Assembly: GCA_964035575.1 (NCBI GenBank)
Contig: OZ037843.1
Span: 496,001-560,000 of the forward strand
Length of the DNA: 64,000 nucleotides
Source of the DNA: Rhynchopus sp. YZ270_cl-10
Taxonomy: Eukaryota
Direction of reading: 5' to 3'
Shown here: positions 38,308 through 51,032 of the stretch, one piece after another
Layout: every line of letters starts with the position of its first letter
Position numbering within the stretch: position 1 is the stretch's first letter
Notes under the pieces: generated by a model
What the model saw: the letters and a program-made list of their open reading frames with translations, nothing else
Databases searched by the model: none
Told to the model about the DNA's origin: nothing
Program-made: the position numbers and the translations under genes

Positions 38308-40650
38308 AACAGACACTAAAATTCATGATTTTGCTTTTTTTCCGTTTTTTTGTTGTTCCCAAAGCCCTGCCTCCTATCTTTCTAGTAAAGGGGGGGGGTG
38401 TGGAATGGACCCATTATGATATAATAGACCCACCGTTTTTGGTGTTAAATTAACCTTTTCTCGATTTTTCGAAAAAAAAAAAAAAAAAAGAAGAAAAAAA
38501 AAAAATGGGGAAAAAAAATACAGATAGGCAACTAAAAGATGGTATGTTTTTTAAAAAAAGATTGAATCCTTTTTGAAAAGGCACGATCTTTGGAGAAATC
38601 TGGGAAAAAAAAAGAGAAAAAAAACTTAAATGGGGGATACGAGGGGGGTCTTGTAAGACAAAAAAATAGAGCATTCAGGCTTGTTCTTGTTCAAATTGGA
38701 TTCGTTGTTTCTCATAAGCCCCTCCAAAGGATGGAAGAAGAAACACACATGAAATAGAAAATTTCGTGTCGCTCTTTTGCTTATATTTTGCTCATATTTT
38801 TTTTATCTACGATTGAGCCCCTCTCTCTCCCCTACCATGTGCTATAAAGCTGCACACAAGTCTGTTTGAGCATGAGATGTGGTAAATAATTCGACAATAA
38901 CAGTACAGAGGCATTGTTTCATATACTAACTATTCTACTGAATAGAAGGTATAATAGATGCATTGAACAATAATAGTAAAGATGCATTGAAAAAAATTTA
39001 ATTTTTTTCAAAAAGCAACGGTACTACACAAAAAAAAAAATAATATGCGATTTTTGGGATATGGTGTTCCAGAGGGGGGCCTATATTGACATGTCCTTGA
39101 CAGAGGGCCTTGACAGGTATTTCAGGAACACCAGGATACTGAATAAAAAGTGAAGTTGATAGTGCAAACGCCTCTGGGACGCAGGCACTGACACTCCAAA
39201 ATAAAAGAGAAAGGGTTTGGGGGAAATAATAGATTGCAAAAAAAGGGGGGGGGGGGGGGGAGGGGGTGTAAACTTTAGCCCACCGACTCCATTTTTCTTG
39301 GGAGCTTCCAGGACTGTACATGATCCGTTTCCTAAAAGGAATGGCAAAAAAAAAAAAAGGATTTTCAAAAAACGAGAGCGGAAGTGAAACCAAGACTCTT
39401 TTGAAAGTGTACTTGTGGAAGAGGTGAGGAATGTGTTTTTCTACGATGAGAAATACACTGCAAAAGTTTATATATATTTTTTTTTGTACGGTTCGCATTC
39501 TTTTAATTCAAATCCGTGTTATTAGGTCATGCATTTTTTACTTTTTCTTTTTTTTGAAAACTTGGTTGTATTAGTGTATCCACCCGAGGATGAACTCCAC
39601 TTTTTTTTCTTTTTTATACTCATTGTTATCTCGTAACCTCTACAACTCTTTTACGGCAGGGGAACCGGATGAGGTGCTACTTCCGGACTGAGGAAGCGCA
39701 GTCTTTTACAGAGAGGGGGGGAAAAAAACATCCAACAAGGGATTGACAAAAAGCATGTCTCGGCTGCCACCCCCTATAGGCATAGTGATAAGTTTGAAAA
39801 GTATTTTAACATATGCAATCAATAAATTGACAGCAGAGGGATCAACAAAAATGTTCCCAAAAAAAAATTTTTTTTTTTTTGGTTTGGGGGAAGGGGAGAG
39901 AGAGTGTGTGTGTGGATATAGTGACCTTTCGATCTCTTCTCAAGATTATCAAGAAAAACAAAAAAAACAAAAAAAAAAAAAAAAAAAAAAAAACAAAGAA
40001 AAAAAGGGGGGTGATAAAAGACCACCTTTGGGTGGATGGAGATAGATGGAATGGAAAGGGGGGGACAAAGCGCAAACCTTGAAAAATAAAACTGCAGGAG
40101 GGATACAAATGGGAGTGACGGGAATGGGGGGGTGGATGGGGAGGGGGAGGGGAGGAAAAAAAAAACACACACAGTGACCAATGTGGCCTGGGGTAACCAT
40201 TTGCTATGTTATTATTATTGTCCCTTTACTACATTTGCTAAAAAAAAAACGGTAACACGAAAAGCAGTATTGCCTGTTTATTTTTTTGGCATAAAATGCA
40301 ATAAAAAAAACGTATAAAAAAATCGTGGTATAACATGCATCTCAAAGTAACATGCACAGAAGAATGCTAACAATGGTACCCAGGGGGATACATGGTCACT
40401 GTGGTAAAGAAACAGAAAGGGGGTGGGAGATGGAGATGGAGGGGGGGGTGAGGGGGGATGGTAAAATCATCATAAGCCTGTCTTGCTTAGAAACCTTTGA
40501 AAAGGGGAAAAGAAACAAGATGCGATTTCAAAAAAAAAAAGGGGGGGATTTTGTCAAAAAAAATTCGCAAACGTAAAAAAATTGGACCGTCGTATGATTC
40601 CAATTCAAAAAAAACACAAAAAAAAAAAAAAAAAAAAAATCAATTTAGGC

Positions 40651-41951
40651 CAGGGTAGATCCTTAGCGAAAGTGAAAATAAGGATTCGAGATTTTTTATT
40701 TTTTTTCCTTTTTTTTTTTCCTTTTTTCTCTGGCCCATTTTTTTGGTTACCTACTAATTTCCAGGCACAGAGTGGCACCACCACGGTCCGCAATCGATCC
40801 GGAAAGTCAAAATAAGGGGGAAGGATGTACATAGGTTGGTGCTGAGGGTGGAGGTTTCGAAGAAATGCATGTGTGTTAAAGGTCGGGTATGGGTCACCTG
40901 TACGGAGTATGAGATCCAGTAATAAAGACTTCAACCGGACCAAGGCAGAAACACAACACTGTTAGGCCAAAATCCAAAAACCCATAGGGGCCCCAGTATT
41001 GTTGTCGAAAATCCCCACTTAATTTTTGGTGGGATTTTGAACTTTTCCCAAAAACTGCGAAAAAAAATTTCCGCTCGCTGCGCTCGCGGAGGTTCACCCA
41101 TGCTGTCTCGCCTACCCAAACTGCTGGTGCATCGGCACTACCTATTTAATTTTGGAAATTTTCTTGCTAATGCCGGGCACTACCACTTTTTTTCAGAATG
41201 TTTCTAGAAAGTATTACCCTTGTCAGAGGGCGCAGTGTCCGACAAGGGTCACAGCCAGAATGCGATTTAATTGGTCAAACGCCGAAGGAAAAGGAAGCAT
41301 GCGAAAGAAAAAAAGTAGCGTACCGTGCCTGCGGCGCAAGATTGCAACTCACCCTTCCCATGACTAGTTTGGCAGTAAATATCTGCAATTTTGAGCGCAA
41401 TTTTTAGAAATGTTGCGTACCGTGGCTTCGCCATGGGTGCCACGACCGCCGTTTCTTTTTGTAAATATACTGAGGTCACTGCGTGTGCCTGGTGCAAATA
41501 TCAATGCAGTGCCGAACTCCGCAGTAGGATAACCGAGGAATTCTCACATTCCGCCGGAGGCCCTAACGAGCTGGGTTGGGCTCGACCGAGTTTCAGCGAA
41601 AACCCCCAAAACCTATATTATCCCCTGGGGTCTAGTTCTACGACAGCTGAGATGTGTAAAAAAAAACACCTATATTCTGCCTCAGTACGGTACCAACCTG
41701 CTTGTTGGATTTTTTTTTAGACCGTCACTCATTTTTTCCGCTCGCTGCGCTCGCGGAGGTACACCTTACATTTTTTTTTGCTCGCTTCGCTCGCGGACAA
41801 ACCATCAACACCACACGATTTCCCAAAAACCTGAAAGTTAGCGTCAGGCCTGCGCCGAAAAATTTCAAAAACGGGAGAGAAAAAAAAAGGAAAAAAACGA
41901 AAATAAATCTGGGATTTTCAGCGTTTTTAGCGAAAATAAGGATCTACCCTG
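40651..41951. mobile_element. hAT-like non-autonomous element
   Basis: TIR CAGGGTAGATCCTTA; 8-bp TSD ATTTAGGC. Shares an internal segment with 29063-29741. Confidence 0.9.
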
Positions 41952-41979
41952 ATTTAGGCCAGTTCAACGTGGCTTTTAT

Positions 41980-42756
41980 TTACGGCTTGTAAGCGACGAC
42001 AGGTGAGACCAAAAACATCATGGGTTGGGCACCCAGGGCTTGCTGCTGGAGGAAGATCTGCTGCTGCTGTGCTTGATGCGCTCGCATCTGCTGTTGCTGG
42101 TTCATCTGCGACTGCAGTGCCAGCTGCTGGAGGAGCATGTTCTGGTATGCCGCCTCGTCCACGAACTGCATCTGAAACGGCTGCACAGCCTGCGTCGGTG
42201 CGACACCCATGTACTGTGCTGCCAGCACCTTGCGCTGCAGATCAGCCTCGGGCACGACCGCCATCTGCAGGGTGGCCGGGTGTGCAGTGGGGAGAACAGT
42301 GGTTGGCATGACAGCAACCGGAGGCTCACGCATCTGCCCCTGTTTCGTCTGCAAGGGCACCTCCTGCGTCTCGCTTCTGTACGCAGGGATGTACGGCATT
42401 TCCTCAGGGGCTGCGAACGTGCGCGCCTGGGGCGTCGGCAGGGGCGGCACGGCACCGGCACGCTCGGGGTGCGTCTTCCTCCTTTGCTTCTCCATAAAGG
42501 CGTCCTCCTTCACCTTGCTTTTGTAGGCGTGGATGTGCAGCAGCGTGCACGTGGGGTCCGTACAGTTTCCCTTTGGGAATTTGCTGCATTTGTCACACGC
42601 CTCGAGAATAACGTTCCACTTGCCAGAGCAGACACGGCAGCGGAGGTGTGTCTTCTGGCACTTCACCCGCAGGTTATCCCAGTCGTTGTGCGTGCATCTT
42701 GAGCTTGCAGGCGCCAATGGCTCGGGCGCGATGTCCTTGTTTGTTCTGACGCACAT
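41980..42756 (-). CDS. Zinc-ribbon + CCCH-type zinc-finger protein with Q-rich tail (258 aa)
   Basis: GC-rich ORF with CTHNDWDNLRVK..HLRCRVC and C-x7-C-x4-C-x3-H. The ATG at 42756 follows a pyrimidine tract + AG. Paralog at 50148-51032. Confidence 0.85.
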   Translation of the reverse strand: MCVRTNKDIAPEPLAPASSRCTHNDWDNLRVKCQKTHLRCRVCSGKWNVILEACDKCSKFPKGNCTDPTCTLLHIHAYKSKVKEDAFMEKQRRKTHPERAGAVPPLPTPQARTFAAPEEMPYIPAYRSETQEVPLQTKQGQMREPPVAVMPTTVLPTAHPATLQMAVVPEADLQRKVLAAQYMGVAPTQAVQPFQMQFVDEAAYQNMLLQQLALQSQMNQQQQMRAHQAQQQQIFLQQQALGAQPMMFLVSPVVAYKP

Positions 42757-43295
42757 TCTAAAAAATAAACGAGCTGAAGGAGAAGAAGAAGGAGGAAGTA
42801 GGGGTATGTGCAGAAGGGAGGAGAGAGAAGCGAGTAATGAGGAAGGAGCGAGGGGGGACAAGTATCCCTGTTGGGTGGTGAATAATTTTTTTGTAGGAAG
42901 TGGGGGTGGGGGGAGAAGTATTATTTGAGTGATAAAAAAAAAAAAAATACGCGAATGCACAGCGAGCCGGTCAACCCTGCGTAAAAGCCTATGTGTACAA
43001 CGGAAGGTATAGACAGCGTTCGTCCCAGTGGTCTTGATGTATGTCAAATGATGGTCGATCCGTGTGCGCGTAAGCTACCCTAGTTTTGAAAAGATGGAAA
43101 AAAAGCAGGAGTGGAGGGAGAGGGGGGGGAGACGTTATTTTACCCCGTCTTTTTTCTAGGTACATTTTTTTTTTTTTTTTTGCTTTTTTTTTTTCGTTTT
43201 GGTTTATTTTTGATAATCTGGGTTGCGTTTTCCCCCCCTTTTTTTCTTATAATCTCTTGGTACATCATCAAAAGCTAATCTAGTTTTTTTTTTTT

Positions 43296-44049
43296 TTTTC
43301 TCAACTGAGGAAAAGTAGCTCTGAGCAAACCCCGTGGAAGAAGTGTGAGGATAAATTCACTTTTCCTCACACATAGCCACTTTTCCTCACGCAATTTGGA
43401 AAAGTAGCAATAATTTTTGGCTGGGGTTTGTGTAGAAAAAAGCCTATGTGTGAGGCTTTTTTTGGTGTGAGGAAAAGTAGAGGGGGGGGTCGAAAAAAAA
43501 ATTGGGTGGGAGAGTGGGTCATTTTGATATCTCTGCTTCACATTTTGTCACCGTGACCAACATGACCATTTTTTGGTCCATTTTTTCGGCCAAAAATTTG
43601 GTACCACAGGGCTATACCATATTCTGGGATTATCAATCTTTTGAAAATACGGCCTGGTATTCGGGCCAAAATGTCCCATGGGGCCCATAGTAGCCTTACT
43701 GGGTGTCGAGCAGAGCCAATCTTAATAGTGAAATTCGATTTTCTGTGAAAAATATTCCCACCAAAAAATCGTCTTTTTTTTTCTGCATATTCACCCCACA
43801 CTTCTTCCACGGGGTTTGCTTAGAGCTACTTTTCCTTCAGTTGAGAAAACTATTATATTCTGGTGAAATATTCACTTTCCCTCCACTCGTGCCCTTTCAG
43901 AAACTCGTGGCTGACTTTATCCCACTCGCTTCGCTCGTGAGATAAAGTCTATTACCCCACTCGCTTCGCTCGTGGGGTAAAATGCCACTCGTTTCTGAAA
44001 GGTACACTCGTGTGAGGAAAAGTGAATATTTCCTCAGACGAATAAATAG
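43296..44049 (-). mobile_element. Family H1, copy 2 (uninterrupted)
   Basis: Near-identical to 1318-2476 without the SINE; T-rich flanks. Confidence 0.88.
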
Positions 44050-44130
44050 CTATTTTTTGAAAACTTGGAAAAATCACGTGTCGCAACAGAATATATCCAC
44101 GCCACGCCCACCCTCCGCCCAGCTTACTTC

Positions 44131-44192
44131 CATTTCGCGGTCTACGTTGAGATGTCCTACTCCCGCTACCGCTCGTCAGTCAACGAAACGGG
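44131..44192 (-). ncRNA. Non-circularly permuted hammerhead ribozyme
   Basis: Minus strand: CCCG-ttt-CGTTGA-CTGACGA-GCGGT-ag-CGGG-agtagga-CATC^TCAACG-tag-ACCGC-GAAATG. Confidence 0.75.
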
Positions 44193-45120
44193 TATAATTG
44201 GAACACAAGGGAGCAACTCCTTGTGCGAAGTAAGTGACTCGGGGGGGGTTTTTTTTCATTTACCGACCCTCCCCCTTGAAATTGTCCCTGGCGGCAAAAT
44301 ACCGGTTTTTAGGGGGGACAATTTCATGGGGAGGGTCGGTATTTATTTTTTTAGCACAAAAAATTTAAAAAAAAAAAGCACTTCAACGTAGGGTGGGTCC
44401 ATCACTTTAAGTCATATGAGAATAGGTTGTGGTCACCTAACTATGGTTGGAGACAAAGGTACACAGTGGCCACGTGACATACAAATGACATTGCTATCAT
44501 TTGCCCTTTGGTACGTAACACCGCCACACGGCAACACGCTTTCATAGCATTGCTTTCTTTTTTTTTTTTGCGTGAAATGCATAAAAACAAACATAAAAAG
44601 TCATACATTTCAAAGTACGATGCAAAATAGAATACTATTGTAGCAATGTTACCCGGAGGGGGTACATGGTTCACTGTGAATTGGGGAGGAGGGGAGTTTG
44701 AAAATGTTTTTTGCATGTTTCGAAAGTGCTTTGTGCTCTGTTTAATTTTGCTTGATAGAGAGGAGGGGGGCAGACCACGACCCTTTGTAAGCACCACAAA
44801 AAATATTCGCCGTTGACTATTTGTGTCTCTTTTTTTTTTTTGTAGATTACCCTGAGGGCAGGCTCACTTTTGTCTGTGTTTAGTGCTCGGAGGGCCCAAA
44901 AATTTTCCGCGCGCGCGCGCAAGAAAAAAACATGGAAAAAAAACATGGAAAAAAAAAATAAGAAAAAACACACACACACACACACACGTTGCACGGTGTG
45001 CATGATTGGTGAAACTTTTAAACGCCGGCATTTGCATTTCCGGAATTCGTCCGGCCAGTGGTGGGGTCAATTTGCCGAAATGGACAAGTTCTCGTTTTTG
45101 GTCAATTTCTGCACAGTACA

Positions 45121-45471
45121 CAGTATACACAGTATACACAGTATACACAGTATACACAGTATACACAGTATACACAGTATACACAGTATACACAGTATAC
45201 ACAGTATACACAGTATACACAGTATACACAGTATACACAGTATACACAGTATACACAGTATACACAGTATACACAGTATACACAGTATACACAGTATACA
45301 CAGTATACACAGTATACACAGTATACACAGTATACACAGTATACACAGTATACACAGTATACACAGTATACACAGTATACACAGTATACACAGTATACAC
45401 AGTATACACAGTATACACAGTATACACAGTATACACAGTATACACAGTATACACAGTATACACAGTATACA
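45121..45471. repeat. (CAGTATACA)x39 tandem repeat
   Basis: Perfect 9-bp array read directly. Confidence 0.97.
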
Positions 45472-45485
45472 CAGGGGATTGGGAG

Positions 45486-48400
45486 TACAGTACAGTACAG
45501 TACAGTACAGTACAGTACAGTACAGTACAGTACAGTACAGTACAGTACAGTACAGTACAGTACAGTACAGTACAGTACAGTACAGTACAGTACAGTACAG
45601 TACAGTACAGTACAGTACAGTACAGTACAGTACAGTACAGTACAGTACAGTACAGTACAGTACAGTACAGTACAGTACAGTACAGTACAGTACAGTACAG
45701 TACAGTACAGTACAGTACAGTACAGTACAGTACAGTACAGTACAGTACAGTACAGTACAGTACAGTACAGTACAGTACAGTACAGTACAGTACAGTACAG
45801 TACAGTACAGTACAGTACAGTACAGTACAGTACAGTACAGTACAGTACAGTACAGTACAGTACAGTACAGTACAGTACAGTACAGTACAGTACAGTACAG
45901 TACAGTACAGTACAGTACAGTACAGTACAGTACAGTACAGTACAGTACAGTACAGTACAGTACAGTACAGTACAGTACAGTACAGTACAGTACAGTACAG
46001 TACAGTACAGTACAGTACAGTACAGTACAGTACAGTACAGTACAGTACAGTACAGTACAGTACAGTACAGTACAGTACAGTACAGTACAGTACAGTACAG
46101 TACAGTACAGTACAGTACAGTACAGTACAGTACAGTACAGTACAGTACAGTACAGTACAGTACAGTACAGTACAGTACAGTACAGTACAGTACAGTACAG
46201 TACAGTACAGTACAGTACAGTACAGTACAGTACAGTACAGTACAGTACAGTACAGTACAGTACAGTACAGTACAGTACAGTACAGTACAGTACAGTACAG
46301 TACAGTACAGTACAGTACAGTACAGTACAGTACAGTACAGTACAGTACAGTACAGTACAGTACAGTACAGTACAGTACAGTACAGTACAGTACAGTACAG
46401 TACAGTACAGTACAGTACAGTACAGTACAGTACAGTACAGTACAGTACAGTACAGTACAGTACAGTACAGTACAGTACAGTACAGTACAGTACAGTACAG
46501 TACAGTACAGTACAGTACAGTACAGTACAGTACAGTACAGTACAGTACAGTACAGTACAGTACAGTACAGTACAGTACAGTACAGTACAGTACAGTACAG
46601 TACAGTACAGTACAGTACAGTACAGTACAGTACAGTACAGTACAGTACAGTACAGTACAGTACAGTACAGTACAGTACAGTACAGTACAGTACAGTACAG
46701 TACAGTACAGTACAGTACAGTACAGTACAGTACAGTACAGTACAGTACAGTACAGTACAGTACAGTACAGTACAGTACAGTACAGTACAGTACAGTACAG
46801 TACAGTACAGTACAGTACAGTACAGTACAGTACAGTACAGTACAGTACAGTACAGTACAGTACAGTACAGTACAGTACAGTACAGTACAGTACAGTACAG
46901 TACAGTACAGTACAGTACAGTACAGTACAGTACAGTACAGTACAGTACAGTACAGTACAGTACAGTACAGTACAGTACAGTACAGTACAGTACAGTACAG
47001 TACAGTACAGTACAGTACAGTACAGTACAGTACAGTACAGTACAGTACAGTACAGTACAGTACAGTACAGTACAGTACAGTACAGTACAGTACAGTACAG
47101 TACAGTACAGTACAGTACAGTACAGTACAGTACAGTACAGTACAGTACAGTACAGTACAGTACAGTACAGTACAGTACAGTACAGTACAGTACAGTACAG
47201 TACAGTACAGTACAGTACAGTACAGTACAGTACAGTACAGTACAGTACAGTACAGTACAGTACAGTACAGTACAGTACAGTACAGTACAGTACAGTACAG
47301 TACAGTACAGTACAGTACAGTACAGTACAGTACAGTACAGTACAGTACAGTACAGTACAGTACAGTACAGTACAGTACAGTACAGTACAGTACAGTACAG
47401 TACAGTACAGTACAGTACAGTACAGTACAGTACAGTACAGTACAGTACAGTACAGTACAGTACAGTACAGTACAGTACAGTACAGTACAGTACAGTACAG
47501 TACAGTACAGTACAGTACAGTACAGTACAGTACAGTACAGTACAGTACAGTACAGTACAGTACAGTACAGTACAGTACAGTACAGTACAGTACAGTACAG
47601 TACAGTACAGTACAGTACAGTACAGTACAGTACAGTACAGTACAGTACAGTACAGTACAGTACAGTACAGTACAGTACAGTACAGTACAGTACAGTACAG
47701 TACAGTACAGTACAGTACAGTACAGTACAGTACAGTACAGTACAGTACAGTACAGTACAGTACAGTACAGTACAGTACAGTACAGTACAGTACAGTACAG
47801 TACAGTACAGTACAGTACAGTACAGTACAGTACAGTACAGTACAGTACAGTACAGTACAGTACAGTACAGTACAGTACAGTACAGTACAGTACAGTACAG
47901 TACAGTACAGTACAGTACAGTACAGTACAGTACAGTACAGTACAGTACAGTACAGTACAGTACAGTACAGTACAGTACAGTACAGTACAGTACAGTACAG
48001 TACAGTACAGTACAGTACAGTACAGTACAGTACAGTACAGTACAGTACAGTACAGTACAGTACAGTACAGTACAGTACAGTACAGTACAGTACAGTACAG
48101 TACAGTACAGTACAGTACAGTACAGTACAGTACAGTACAGTACAGTACAGTACAGTACAGTACAGTACAGTACAGTACAGTACAGTACAGTACAGTACAG
48201 TACAGTACAGTACAGTACAGTACAGTACAGTACAGTACAGTACAGTACAGTACAGTACAGTACAGTACAGTACAGTACAGTACAGTACAGTACAGTACAG
48301 TACAGTACAGTACAGTACAGTACAGTACAGTACAGTACAGTACAGTACAGTACAGTACAGTACAGTACAGTACAGTACAGTACAGTACAGTACAGTACAG

Positions 48401-48530
48401 TACAGTACAGTACAGTACAGTACAGTACAGTACAGTACAGTACAGTACAGTACAGTACAGTACAGTACAGTACAGTACAGTACAGTACAGTACAGTACAG
48501 TACAGTACAGTACAGTACAGTACAGTACAG
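45486..48530. repeat. (TACAG)x609 microsatellite
   Basis: Perfect 5-bp array spanning 3045 bp. Confidence 0.98.
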
Positions 48531-50147
48531 TTCTTCGTAGAACTTCGTTTTGCAATAAGAAAGCCTCACCCTTCTTCCCAGAATTCCTCCCAGAACCAGC
48601 TGGGCACCAATACTGGAAATATCGTAAAAGCATAACTATTTTGGACGATTTTGTGGACGATTTGGCTGCTACTCGGAAAATCCATTTGTTTGCGGGTTTC
48701 CCGGAACCTCACAAAAATAAATCCCATCGATCATTTTTTGAAACATTTCACAATATTTTTGTAGGAACTTGGTGCACAAAATCACCTCAAGCCCCACTAC
48801 TCTCTCCCTCACACCTTTTATTACTACAATGTTTTTTTTTTTTCCCATGTTTTTTTTTTTGGAATTCTCAAAATTTTCCGCGCGCGCGAGCAATAAACAC
48901 AGGCAAAAGTGAGCCTGCCCTGAATGTTTTTTTTTTGAAAACTTGGTTGTATTAGTGTAGCCACCCTAGGCTAGAGTATGCTCCACTATGGATTTTTTTT
49001 TTGTCACCTCACGAAATGAAGGAGGAAATAGAAACAACGCACTTTGAACACACTTTGCGGTTCTAGGGAAGAACCGCGTTGCAGAGCCACGCCTCACCAA
49101 ACAGGTCGAGGTGTGTGCGTTTCACCACAACCTCTCCCATGGGTTTTATCGTGTGATGAGTGTTAAGTTTCTATTTTGTGTCTAACCCCCTTGCTGGGCA
49201 CCTCGGGTGTGTGTTGAATGACTGCACTATGCCGCCTCACTCTCCTCATAGTTTTCGGGTTGACGGGTTTGCGGGATCAACAAAAAAAAAAAAAAAATGT
49301 TCCCAAAACTAAGCACATCAAAAAAAAATAGAGGGAACTGAAAAAAAGGAAAAAAAAAAGAGGGAAAAAAAAAACGTTCAAAACGTGCTTTGTTGAAATA
49401 GGTGAGAATCTCAGAAGCGGTGCAAGAAACCCCCAAGAAGACGGCTTCAGTGAAAAAAAAAGGGGGGTGTGACTGTGTGGTAGTGAGGTAGTGACTACTG
49501 TGCCTGCTGTTGTTTATTCAATTGCAAGGTTTTTTTTTTGTTGTGGGTGTGTGTGTTTTCTTTTCTTTTTTTCTTTTTTTGATAAATTGTTAGAGTAGTG
49601 TAGTTGTCTCGGTTGTGTTGCCACAGTTTGTGCAATCTCCACTTTCTGTTGTTGTTGCTGTTGTTGTTGTCGAACGAACCACCCACCTGAGGTAGGATCG
49701 GTATTCAATTGTCGCCCGAGGGCTATTGACTGAAGAATTTAAGAGATATATCTCCAAGGGTAAAAACACGGGATGCGCTCTGCCTTTTTCTTCTTTTTTT
49801 GTTTTTTTTTTTTTTTTTTTGAAAACTTGGTTGTATTAGTGTAGCCATCCTAGAGCGCGCTCCACTAACTTTTTTTCTTTTTTCTTTTTTTTTTTTTTTT
49901 GATTATTTTTTCTCGAAAAGATCGAAAAAACAAAAGTGCAAAACAATAAATAATAAATACCGCCCGATCCGTGTCAGGTCTGTTACAAAAAAAAACAAAA
50001 AATAAGGCTAAAATACTTGCGAAGTGAACCCACATATCCACTACGGCAATCAACACCAACCACTAGCCTCTACGCACCTCCACACCAAAGCCGCCCCTTT
50101 CTCCTTTGCTGCGCCCAGTGGGCAGGCTGCGGCTCTGCGTCGGGACG

Positions 50148-51032
50148 TCACTTTGTTCGCTCCCGTCGAGGACGCGGTGAAGGAAGACTGCAAGCACGAC
50201 GTCTTGGGGCTGGTGCGGGGTGCGCGCCCACGTTGCAGGCGACAACGCGGGTGTCCCCCTCCTCTGCTTGGTCTGTGTGCGCGGGGCGTTTCTCTTCCTG
50301 CCCCCCCTGCTCGGGCTCAGCACGCATCGCCTGCTGCCACATGCCCTGCTGTGCATGCTGTGGACTGTCGTAGCGATCCCACTCAGACCCATAAGGACTC
50401 CACTGCAGTGCCTGCTGCTGGTGTGCGTCAGGGAAGAAAGGTGGCTGTGCAACCTGCTGAGGGTGGTGTTGGTGCTGGTGTGCGTGTACCGTGTGGTGGT
50501 GCTGATACGGGTGTACCGTGTGGTGGGGCTGGCATGGGTGAACCGTGTGTTGGGTATGTGGCAGAACAGCGAGACCTGGGTGAGGCGGCGGTTGCATCAT
50601 GAAAGGACCTGTCATGCGATTTGGTTGTAGTCGTGGCTGTGGCAGTGGTTGTGTCTGTGGCTTAGGTTGTGACTTAGGTTGTGTCTGTGGCTTTGGTTGT
50701 GGCTGTGCAGAGCGCGTGTTGTCCTGCACTAACCCCTTTAACTTCTGCAACTCGGCTTTCGCCTTCGTCCTTTCCAGAAATTCCTTTTCTTTGTCCTCAC
50801 TTTTGTAAGCATGTATATGCAGGAGCGTGCACGCAGGGTCCTCGCATTTACCCTTTGGGAAAAGGACACACTTTTCGTGCGTTGCTTTTGTCCTCTTCTT
50901 CACATCGCAGACACGGCAGCGTAGATGCGTCTTGCCGTTCTTGACACGCAGGTTGTCCCAGTCGTTGTGGCCGCAGTCTGGGGGCTCAGGTTGATCTTTT
51001 TTCGAAGCAAGTACTTCGGTCTTGGCGCACAT
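50148..51032 (-). CDS. Zinc-ribbon + CCCH-type zinc-finger protein with P/Q/H-rich tail
   Basis: CGHNDWDNLRVKNGKTHLRCRVC...CVLFPKGKCEDPACTLLHIHAYKS. The first ATG at 51032 follows TTTTGCAG. Confidence 0.85.
   Translation of the reverse strand: MCAKTEVLASKKDQPEPPDCGHNDWDNLRVKNGKTHLRCRVCDVKKRTKATHEKCVLFPKGKCEDPACTLLHIHAYKSEDKEKEFLERTKAKAELQKLKGLVQDNTRSAQPQPKPQTQPKSQPKPQTQPLPQPRLQPNRMTGPFMMQPPPHPGLAVLPHTQHTVHPCQPHHTVHPYQHHHTVHAHQHQHHPQQVAQPPFFPDAHQQQALQWSPYGSEWDRYDSPQHAQQGMWQQAMRAEPEQGGQEEKRPAHTDQAEEGDTRVVACNVGAHPAPAPRRRACSLPSPRPRRERTK

Larger units (their letters stand above)
44855..48921. mobile_element. TIR element inflated by satellite arrays
   Basis: ~35-bp TIR AGGGCAGGCTCACTTTTG(T/C)CTGTGTTTA(G/T)TGCTCG; no clear TSD. 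Confidence 0.75.

Noticed and set aside
42757..43047. N-terminal extension of the 355-aa ORF
   Set aside because: Non-ATG start and pyrimidine-tract composition; the likely start is 42756.
44870..48955. ORFs of >1100 aa on both strands
   Set aside because: Artefacts of stop-free 5-bp and 9-bp satellites.
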